64,000 nucleotides of DNA from the NCBI GenBank assembly GCA_963812605.1, contig CAWEWF010000002.1, positions 32,001 to 96,000 on the forward strand, read 5' to 3'. The position numbers and the translations under genes were made by a program. The notes under the pieces are model-generated. The model made no database searches and was not told where the DNA came from. It saw only the letters and a list, made by a program, of their open reading frames with translations. Shown here in pieces: positions 11,776 to 18,773 of the stretch; positions within the stretch are counted from its first letter, which is position 1; each line of letters opens with the position of its first letter. The DNA is from an uncultured Verrucomicrobiae bacterium (GTDB taxonomy: Bacteria; Verrucomicrobiota; Verrucomicrobiia; Palsa-1439).

Positions 11776-12426
11776 ATGATCAAGAGAAATGGCCAACCGC
11801 GACAGGGAGTGGCGCCGCCCTCGTTGAAGCGGATGAGCGACGCGGAGTACGCGGCATATTTCGAGGCATTCGGCGTTATCAAGGGCGATTACCAGGCCCT
11901 CTGTTTGATCGGCGACAAGCTGCGCGAGGTGGAGGCAAGCGCGCGTGGGCTTGGTTCTCTTGATTCTCAAGCTCAGGGTGGGCATGCGGAGTTGCCCGAC
12001 TCGGCAGGCGACCGAAGTCCATGGGAGGTTTGCGCTTCGTTGATGAGGCTGAACAACAACGAAGTTTTCCTCTGCAAGCGAGTTTGCGAGCACGGCTTGG
12101 AATATGCCGTGATTGACCAGGCATCGGTTGCTTCGGCTTACGCCAAGGCGCGTGGACCGCTGGATGTCTTGCGCACGGGAGACAACCCGCGCCAAGTGCT
12201 TCGCGACTACCTTCGCAGCGAAAGCGAGACCCTGCAACTGATGGTCAACGACATCACCGCCAATGTCCGACTGGTCATCGCGGAGCGTTTTCCGAAGCAG
12301 GATTTGCGGCGCGTCGTCAACGAGATCACACGCATGTGCAAGAAAGTCGCCCGCCTCGGTTTCTCCGAAACAATCGAAGAACATGCCTCTCATACGCAGA
12401 ACCAGGCGCGCGGCGTGCGAACCTAA
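11776..12426 (+). CDS. Hypothetical protein (216 aa)
   Basis: Strong RBS AAAGGAGA; operon position between two HTH genes; no family recognised. Confidence 0.7.
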   Translation: MIKRNGQPRQGVAPPSLKRMSDAEYAAYFEAFGVIKGDYQALCLIGDKLREVEASARGLGSLDSQAQGGHAELPDSAGDRSPWEVCASLMRLNNNEVFLCKRVCEHGLEYAVIDQASVASAYAKARGPLDVLRTGDNPRQVLRDYLRSESETLQLMVNDITANVRLVIAERFPKQDLRRVVNEITRMCKKVARLGFSETIEEHASHTQNQARGVRT

Positions 12427-12444
12427 TCTCACCACTGCCCGCTC

Positions 12445-12654
12445 ATGGCGAACGAGAGACAGAAGCGCGAGGTTGACCGGCTGGCGTTGACCCGTGAAGA
12501 GGCCGCAGTCGCTTTGGGCATCAGCATCCCGACATTGCACCGGCTCGTTCAACGCGGACTACTGCGACCCAGTCGCGCACTCCGTCGTCCCCTATTCCCT
12601 GTCCCCGAAATTGCACGATTCCTCCGTGAAACCTCCGGCCCAGTCGAGTTTTAG
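12445..12654 (+). CDS. Second excisionase-like HTH_17 protein
   Basis: RLALTREEAAVALGISIPTLHRLVQRGLLRPSRALRRPLF. Confidence 0.85.
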   Translation: MANERQKREVDRLALTREEAAVALGISIPTLHRLVQRGLLRPSRALRRPLFPVPEIARFLRETSGPVEF

Positions 12655-13061
12655 CGCGCGGAATTGTTGAAACACTAAACGATTTGCGAACCTCGCGGTC
12701 TGAGTTTCCGAAGGTAGCAGCAGGGAAAGATTACGAAACGGCATCTGACCGGAAAGTTCTCTCTATCGGGAGAATTGGCTCCCCACTTTGGACGGTTTGC
12801 GAACCTTGCGGTTTCAACTTCCGTGAGGCGCTGCACTAGTTAAGCCTTTGTTTTGCTAACGTCCAGAGCTCAGACCCGAGGAACCAAAGATGGATACGGC
12901 GACGGGTTAGCTCTTCTTCGTGGGAGTCCCATTGGGATTCACAGTTGTGATGGTCAACTCAAGAATAGACTTGTCGGGTAATGCAAATTGGATTTGTTGA
13001 CCAGAATCGGAGATCCCCGAAAGGAGCATCTCGGTCGTGGAGAAGGCTAAGCGATACCTTC

Positions 13062-13077
13062 TGGCATGGGCTGTGCT
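13062..13077 (+). promoter_or_regulatory. Candidate sigma-54 (-24/-12) promoter for the GAF gene
   Basis: TGGCATGGGCTGTGCT = GG-N10-GC, ~36 nt before the ATG. Confidence 0.45.
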
Positions 13078-13113
13078 CTATATGGGTTACCGCCATCTAT
13101 CAGGAGAAACCAC

Positions 13114-13665
13114 ATGCAAGCACCGCTGCCAGCGAACGAGAACGAACGGCTCAAAGCTCTCTATTGGTATGGAATCCTCGACACGATTGCTGAGGAGATT
13201 TTCGATGACTTGACCCTATTGGCTTCCCAGGTTTGTGATACACCTATTGCGTTGATATCGCTTGTGGACAAGGACCGGCAATGGTTCAAGTCGAAGATCG
13301 GCCTCACTACGGCAGAAACTCCCAGGAGCATTTCGTTTTGCAGCCATGCGATTTTGCAATCCGATGTCTTTGAAGTAAGAGACGCCATGAAAGACGAACG
13401 ATTCGCCGACAGCCCGTTAGTGACGAACGATCCGGGAATCCGTTTTTACGCTGGTGCCCCAATACGAACGGCTGAAGGCTTCGCCCTCGGTTCGTTATGC
13501 GTCATCGATCAAGTGCCTCACGAACTCACCGCAAAGCAGACTGAATCCCTTACGCTCCTAAGTACAATCGTAGCCCGACTGTTCAAACAGCGACGATACA
13601 TCAAAGAGCTGGAGGGTATAGTTTCTGAGAGTGGCGCGACTGAACTTGTCGGGAATTTGCGGTAG
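13114..13665 (+). CDS. Stand-alone GAF-domain protein
   Basis: RBS AGGAGA; PANENERLKAL..ILDT..EEIFDDLT..A..CDTPIALISLVD..RQWFKS...SFCSHAI...IRFYAGAP...LGSLCVID. Confidence 0.9.
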   Translation: MQAPLPANENERLKALYWYGILDTIAEEIFDDLTLLASQVCDTPIALISLVDKDRQWFKSKIGLTTAETPRSISFCSHAILQSDVFEVRDAMKDERFADSPLVTNDPGIRFYAGAPIRTAEGFALGSLCVIDQVPHELTAKQTESLTLLSTIVARLFKQRRYIKELEGIVSESGATELVGNLR

Positions 13666-13847
13666 ATCCCCCATTAGACCTCTGAAAGAAGCGTGTGGAA
13701 AGCACAAAAAAAGGAGTCCCCGCTTTGGACGGTTTGCGAACCTTGCGGTTTGAGCATTTAAGGCCTGCCACAATGGGCAATGCCTTGTTCGCCTAGGCAC
13801 TGAATCATCGTGTTGGCGATGGTGGTAACAATCTGTCCATATCGTGC

Positions 13848-14165
13848 CTAAAGTAATAGAGGAATGCGAGTATCACGGCCACACACACAAGTATCTGCAA
13901 ACTTACGACGCTTAATGTGCCGGTGCGAACGGGCAGACTCCTCGGGCGTCTTCTCGCCATACAGCAACCAGTCCGTGCAAGTCAGACCCAGAATCGCATA
14001 ACTGCCGCCGAGCAAAACGACTCCGATCATGAATATCAAGCCGCTTATCAGTTGATACATGGCGGAGAAAACCAACAACAGGAAGGCGGCAACGTAGCCA
14101 AGCGCGACTGCTTCCTGCGGCTTCAATGGGCCGCTTGGCCTATGCAATGGCCTGAAAATGCTCAT
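13848..14165 (-). CDS. Small membrane protein (two predicted TM helices)
   Basis: 105 aa ORF with two hydrophobic stretches and a basic tail. Confidence 0.5.
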   Translation of the reverse strand: MSIFRPLHRPSGPLKPQEAVALGYVAAFLLLVFSAMYQLISGLIFMIGVVLLGGSYAILGLTCTDWLLYGEKTPEESARSHRHIKRRKFADTCVCGRDTRIPLLL

Positions 14166-14326
14166 CGATATTTTCCGCCTGTCATGTGTTAGGTTTCAGA
14201 AATACTACCTATCACGGTCGCCGTTTTCCACCCATTTCTGCCGTAAGAGAAAATACATCAAGAGCTTATACCTTTGGGATTGGCTTTGACCTTGCCAACA
14301 AAGTGGCACTGCCGAGCCCCAACAGG

Positions 14327-14404
14327 CCCGCACGTAGGATTCGAACCGATCTAGGCCAGCCGACTTGGGAAGTCGCCTGACACAAAGTCTTCAGTACCGC
14401 GCGG
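14327..14404 (-). ncRNA. tRNA-shaped element (degenerate tRNA-Gly(CCC)-like)
   Basis: 78 nt: acceptor CCGCGCG/CGTGCGG, CTGA/TCAG hairpin, CGAC-TTCCCAA-GTCG arm, GGTTCGAATCC; T-stem and D-loop are non-canonical. Confidence 0.4.
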
Positions 14405-14460
14405 TCACGCTTGATTGTTTTTGAACTCCTACAACTTCGTAGATGATCCCGACGAAAAAA

Positions 14461-14486
14461 AGTTGTAACCCTAAGTTGTAACCCTA
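14461..14486. repeat. Tandem 13-mer AGTTGTAACCCTA x2 near the element end
   Basis: Exact tandem copies; inverted partial copy TACAACTT at 14430-14437. Confidence 0.85.
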
Positions 14487-14612
14487 CGACCGATTTTGGG
14501 AGTTTTCGTGATTTCACCTGATAGCAGGCAATCGCCGTGCAACCATTGTAACGATTGGGCTGGCAGGCGATAGCTAAAAATGTGCAAAGGTGGCTAAAAT
14601 GCCCGTTTCGAA

Positions 14613-14650
14613 TTAAAAGGCCGTTGCTCTACCAACTGAGCTACCGGCTC
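14613..14650 (-). tRNA. 5' half of tRNA-Lys(UUU), truncated right after the anticodon loop
   Basis: Minus strand GAGCCGG TA GCTC AGTTGGTA GAGC A ACGGC CTTTTAA, followed by TTCGAAAC instead of the complementary GCCGT; no matching 3' half seen in window. Confidence 0.85.
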
Positions 14651-14691
14651 GCCGGTCACGTGGGAGCCGCGCGGGGAACGGGAGCGGCGCG

Positions 14692-14720
14692 AATGTAGCG
14701 AGTTTGGCGAGCGGCGTCAA
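14692..14720 (-). promoter_or_regulatory. Sigma-70 promoter of the tRNA-Lys gene
   Basis: Minus strand TTGACG-17 nt-TACATT, ~40 nt upstream of tRNA position 1. Confidence 0.7.
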
Positions 14721-14775
14721 CTTTGGGATTCGGGGGCAGTGTCTTAATTTGCCGCGTTGCTCATCGTTCGTGTTT

Positions 14776-14839
14776 TGTAGCCGAAGCGTAAGCTTCGGTG
14801 GTAGCAATGTGGATTCCCGAAGCTTACGCTTCGGCTACA
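14776..14839. repeat. GTAG-type REP doublet (REPIN-like)
   Basis: Perfect 23 bp inverted repeat TGTAGCCGAAGCGTAAGCTTCGG / CCGAAGCTTACGCTTCGGCTACA; each arm is GTAG plus its own hairpin. Confidence 0.75.
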
Positions 14840-14971
14840 GTTGGCGGATGCAAATTAAGACATCACCATTCGGACGGCTGTTGCTTCATAGGGTGGACAA
14901 ACGGGGAAGCCTGGGCCAAAATAAATCGCGGCGCGCCGATGCGGCGGATTGAATTGCACGGACTGAGCGAT

Positions 14972-14995
14972 CACGGGCAGGGACGCCCGTGCCAC
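14972..14995. repeat. REP-like palindrome
   Basis: CACGGGC-AGGGAC-GCCCGTG-CCAC hairpin in an intergenic region. Confidence 0.5.
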
Positions 14996-15033
14996 CATCG
15001 CCGGTGCGCACATTAAATTACACGGAGTGAGCG

Positions 15034-16047
15034 ATGCCAACGCCGGAGACCATGCGCGCGATGCTGTTGGAGGGGCCCAAGCAGGCGCTGCGTCTCAAGG
15101 AAGTACCCCTTCCCCGTCCCGAGCCGAACCAAATCCTGATTCGGGTCCATGCCTGCGGTGTCTGCCGCACGGATTTGCATATCGTCGATGGTGAACTTAC
15201 GGAACCAAAACTGCCGTTGATCCCCGGTCATGAAATCGTGGGCCGGGTCGTTCAGGCGGGTGAGAAGGTTGAAAACTTTCGCGTCGGCGACCGGGTTGGC
15301 GTGCCCTGGCTGGCATCGGCCTGCGGGCATTGCCGTTACTGCCAGAAGGGCCGGGAGAATCTTTGCGACAATGCGCAGTTCACGGGGTACACCGTCAACG
15401 GCGGCTTTGCCGAATACACCGTGGCGGACGCGCGGTTCAGCTTTCACCTGGCGGAAGGTCCCGGGGACGCCGAGACTGCGCCCTTGTTGTGCGCCGGCCT
15501 GATCGGCTACCGCTCGTATCGAATGGCCGGGCAGGACGCGCAAACCCTCGGGCTTTACGGATTCGGCGCGGCGGCCCACATCCTCACGCAGGTGGCGGTT
15601 TATCAGCAAAGAAAAGTTTATGCCTTTACGAGACCGGGGGACACCAAAGGGCAGGAGTTTGCGCGACGTCTCGGGGCGGTGTGGGCTGGTGGTTCCGATG
15701 TCAAACCGCCGGAGCCACTGGATGCGGCGATCATTTTCGCGCCGGTTGGCGCGCTGGTCCCAGCGGCTCTGCGCGCGACCGGCAAGGGCGGCACCGTGGT
15801 CTGCGGCGGGATTTATATGAGCGATATTCCCTCCCTTCCCTACAACCTGCTCTGGGAGGAACGAGTCCTTCGGTCGGTAGCCAACCTGACGCGTCGTGAC
15901 GGCGAGGAATTCCTGGAAATCGCCTCGAAGGTACCGGTCAAGACCCAGGTACGCGTGTATCCGCTCGATCAGGCCAACGAAGCGTTGGACGACTTGCGTA
16001 ACGGGAAAATCGAGGGCGCGGCCGTCCTGTCAATGGGCGTGCCCTGA
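15034..16047 (+). CDS. Zinc-dependent alcohol dehydrogenase (MDR family, AdhP/CAD-like)
   Basis: CGVCRTD, GHEIVG, CGHCRYC...ENLC, APLLCAG, GFGAAAH. Confidence 0.95.
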   Translation: MPTPETMRAMLLEGPKQALRLKEVPLPRPEPNQILIRVHACGVCRTDLHIVDGELTEPKLPLIPGHEIVGRVVQAGEKVENFRVGDRVGVPWLASACGHCRYCQKGRENLCDNAQFTGYTVNGGFAEYTVADARFSFHLAEGPGDAETAPLLCAGLIGYRSYRMAGQDAQTLGLYGFGAAAHILTQVAVYQQRKVYAFTRPGDTKGQEFARRLGAVWAGGSDVKPPEPLDAAIIFAPVGALVPAALRATGKGGTVVCGGIYMSDIPSLPYNLLWEERVLRSVANLTRRDGEEFLEIASKVPVKTQVRVYPLDQANEALDDLRNGKIEGAAVLSMGVP

Positions 16048-16079
16048 TACGGTCGTCAATCTCAGCCGCATTCTTGTCG

Positions 16080-16646
16080 TCATTCCCCATCCGGTGACGA
16101 GCCGGCTTCGCGCATCGACTGCCGCATCTGTAGCTGGCTGTAAATCCACGCCGCGGACATGCCGAAAACCAAATGCGTGACCACGACAATCCAGTTTCGC
16201 CAACTCGCCACCCAGGGGTAATAGGCCGCCAACCCGTAGAAGTGAAACCAATACATCAGGAGGCCAAATCCGGCGCCCACCAGCACCGCCACGGCGGGCC
16301 TGAGTTTGCGGATCAACAACCCCAGCACCACCGCATACCAGATCGACAACACGAAGTGCATCAACATCCCGATAAAGAAAATGTCGAACGTGAACGGTGT
16401 CGAGGTGGCTACCGCCCGATTTCCCAGGGTGATCGAGGCGCTCAAACGCACCGGATCCCAAATATCGCCCCGGCCAAAAGCTTCCATCAAAAACATTTCC
16501 ACAGCCATAAACAGCGCGCCTGCGATCACTCCCGCGACAGCGCCTTTGCCCCAACGCGTAATGCGTTTTCGTTTCCGTGCTTGCGCTTGGATCAGTGCTT
16601 GCGCGTTCTGCGAGGAAATGTTGGTCGACTGCGCATTCATCTGCAT
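16080..16646 (-). CDS. Four-helix membrane protein of unknown function
   Basis: Four hydrophobic segments with His motifs (MHFVLS, THLVFG); RBS GGGAAAGGAG. Confidence 0.75.
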   Translation of the reverse strand: MQMNAQSTNISSQNAQALIQAQARKRKRITRWGKGAVAGVIAGALFMAVEMFLMEAFGRGDIWDPVRLSASITLGNRAVATSTPFTFDIFFIGMLMHFVLSIWYAVVLGLLIRKLRPAVAVLVGAGFGLLMYWFHFYGLAAYYPWVASWRNWIVVVTHLVFGMSAAWIYSQLQMRQSMREAGSSPDGE

Positions 16647-16670
16647 CTCCTTTCCCTCCCTCAATAATAA

Positions 16671-17126
16671 TTACTGGTTTGACCTCATGCGAGTGCGGGC
16701 CGCCTTTCTCGCGGCGGCGGAACGCTGCTTTGCAGATCTCCGGCGTGCACTGCTTCGGGCCTGGCGCGAAAGCGCAGCAGGCGACGCCGCACGATGACCT
16801 TCGCGTCGCAACGCATTTAGCGTGGCGCTCGCGCGTTTGGCCGAGGGCCGTTTCTGTATTCCGCTCTGGCCTTTGGCATAATCGCGCCTGGCTCTGCGTC
16901 GCGTTTGGGCGGACGTTGTGCCTCTTCGCGGAGGAGGCAGCTTCACTCCGGCGCGACGGGCTTTCGACAAGCCAATGGCAATGGCCTGTTTGGCGGATCG
17001 GGCCCCGTGCACCCTTTCGCGAATATGCTCCATTTCCTCCCGGACAAACTCCCCAGCCTGCGTGCTCGGAGATTTGCCTTCCTGTTTATCCTTATGCGCT
17101 CGTGCGATGGTTTTCTTTTCAGGCAT
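16671..17126 (-). CDS. Basic Arg/Ala/Lys-rich putative DNA-binding protein (DUF6496-like)
   Basis: GKSPSTQAGEFVREEMEH...HGARSAKQAIAIGLSKARRAGV plus a low-complexity basic tail; RBS GGAGGA. Confidence 0.75.
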   Translation of the reverse strand: MPEKKTIARAHKDKQEGKSPSTQAGEFVREEMEHIRERVHGARSAKQAIAIGLSKARRAGVKLPPPRRGTTSAQTRRRARRDYAKGQSGIQKRPSAKRASATLNALRREGHRAASPAALSRQARSSARRRSAKQRSAAARKAARTRMRSNQ

Positions 17127-17385
17127 ATGTTTTGGTCCTCCGTTGATTCCCAACGTAACTTATCCTCACTACAAACATACGACTGACTTTCGTGCGCTCA
17201 AATAGGAGATTGTCCGAATTATCTCCCAACGAAGCTCCTAGTAGATTAGCCTGTACATCGGATTCCGATAATGGTATGATCCGCGCAGTTCTTTGACAAT
17301 CCGCCTTCGCGAAACCGCTGCGGCGGACAAGGAGGGTGGAGTTTTTTTAGGGGAGGAAGAGGCTTGAAAAACATGCGTTTCTGCG

Positions 17386-17482
17386 AAACGAACCCGATTT
17401 TGTTTCGCTCGTTTTCATATGGAAATAACAGAACAGCAACATTTTATGACTGATGAGGCGTATTTTCGAATCGGGTTCGTTT
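17386..17482. repeat. 14 bp perfect inverted repeat with 69 nt AT-rich spacer
   Basis: AAACGAACCCGATT (17386-17399) / AATCGGGTTCGTTT (17469-17482). Confidence 0.7.
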
Positions 17483-17681
17483 TCGGCTCACCAGGAGGTT
17501 CGCCCTCCAAATGATACGGGAGCGGCGCGGTCGGGCCCAGAAAGTGTTCGGGGTAAAAGACCGTCGTCGAACAATGCGCCCAGCGGTCAGGCCCTGGCGG
17601 GGCGCGTTGCGTGACCGAGGAGGGCAAAGCCCATCGCGATACCGATGAAGGCTCGGTTCATACAAGCGCAACGATGCCAGC

Positions 17682-18587
17682 TTAGGAACGGGGCACGAAG
17701 CCCATTTGGTTGAGGACCTGCTGCCCAGCGGGAGATTGGACAAACTGAATGAAGTCGTGCGCCGTGGGTGGTTCCTTGGCCTTATCGGTCAACAGGTGCA
17801 GCGTGCGGGCATAGGGATACTGGCCCTGGTTCACTGCCGCGGCCGTCGGGGCGACGCCGCCGATGGATACGGCTTTGACGCCGGACTTCGTCGTCAATTC
17901 CAGACTGCAATAACCGATTCCGCCCGTGTCATTGGCCACGGCTTCCACAATGGTGCCGTAACTGGTGAAGGGTTTCATGTCCGGGCCATACGGCTTGTTT
18001 TCCATCGCCAATTCCCGAAAGCCCAGATGCGTCCCGGAAATGGGATCGCGGATGTACAGATGAATGGGCGCATCCGTCCCGCCGATATCCTTCCAGTTTT
18101 GGATGACCCCGGTAAAAATATCCCGCACTTGATCACGCGTCAGGTTCGTGACGGAGCTGCCGGCGTTGACGACGACGGCAATGCTGTAGGAGCCGATGAT
18201 ATAATCGTTACATTGGACATTGCGTGTCCGAGCCAGCTCCTGTTCGTTCACGCTCATCGGACGGGAAGCCGCGGCGATATCGCTCAGCCCGCCGATCAAT
18301 GCCGCCACCCCGTACCCCGTCCCTTTGAATTCGGTCTGAAACGCGGCCTCGGGATGAGCCTTCTTGAACTCCGCGATCAGTCGCGGGGCCAATTCTTCTC
18401 CGACGGTGTTCGAGCCACTGAGGATCGTGGATCCCGACTTGTCAGTCCTTTCAAGCTTGCCGGCCTGATTATCCAGAGCGCTCGGCGAACAACTGGCGAC
18501 CATCGCGCCGAGCAATAATACGCCGAGGTTCTTCACGGGGTTTAATTTCTTCAGGCAAAAGGCTGCCCGGCACAAAGTCGTTTTCAT
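17682..18587 (-). CDS. pstS: Phosphate ABC transporter substrate-binding lipoprotein (PstS family)
   Basis: Lipobox-like VASC; GSNTV, GTGYG..AL, DIAAASR, LTRDQVRDIFTG.I.NWKDIGG, SGTH..F, YPYAR.L. Confidence 0.88.
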   Translation of the reverse strand: MKTTLCRAAFCLKKLNPVKNLGVLLLGAMVASCSPSALDNQAGKLERTDKSGSTILSGSNTVGEELAPRLIAEFKKAHPEAAFQTEFKGTGYGVAALIGGLSDIAAASRPMSVNEQELARTRNVQCNDYIIGSYSIAVVVNAGSSVTNLTRDQVRDIFTGVIQNWKDIGGTDAPIHLYIRDPISGTHLGFRELAMENKPYGPDMKPFTSYGTIVEAVANDTGGIGYCSLELTTKSGVKAVSIGGVAPTAAAVNQGQYPYARTLHLLTDKAKEPPTAHDFIQFVQSPAGQQVLNQMGFVPRS

Positions 18588-18773
18588 GGCGCTTCCTCCG
18601 TTACGTGGGAAATGAAATGATCTGGTAGGAATCTTCTTTCGCTCGGGCGCAAAGATCAAGAAAAAACTCAACAGGTCAGAAGGAACGTTTGTGGTGATTA
18701 CAAACAAGGGGCCGCTTTTATAGTGGCGCTTACCGTAGCGTTGCGGCACGATACAGGGGAAGGGATTGAGCCG

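Larger units (their letters stand above)
12673..13754. repeat. Three copies of an att-like ~30 bp repeat
   Basis: CTTTGGACGGTTTGCGAACCTTGCGGTTT is identical at 12786-12814 and 13723-13751; a degenerate copy ACGATTTGCGAACCTCGCGGTCTGAG at 12679-12704 matches copy 3 at 23/26. Confidence 0.9.
1..14612. mobile_element. Integrative (mobilizable/conjugative) element, right arm; left end outside window
   Basis: MOBF relaxase, two excisionase-like HTH genes, XRE regulator, accessory cargo; sequence switches to a tRNA-Lys 5' half exactly at the anticodon loop (14613). No integrase or T4SS gene in window. Confidence 0.7.

Noticed and set aside
12673-13754. CRISPR array or classical integron attC sites
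   Set aside because: Spacings of 113 and 937 bp are not CRISPR-like, no cas or intI gene is present, and there is no long attC hairpin with R'/R'' boxes.
14200-14612. Self-splicing intron in tRNA-Lys with a nearby 3' exon
   Set aside because: The GGTTCGAATCC at 14337-14347 is not followed by CCGGCTC (complement of the Lys acceptor) nor preceded by GCCGT; no group I/II core was recognised.
17610-17680. c-di-GMP-I riboswitch (GGGCAAAGCC...)
   Set aside because: It lacks the GNRA-capped P2 and following GACGCAAAGC arrangement, and no same-strand gene lies downstream.
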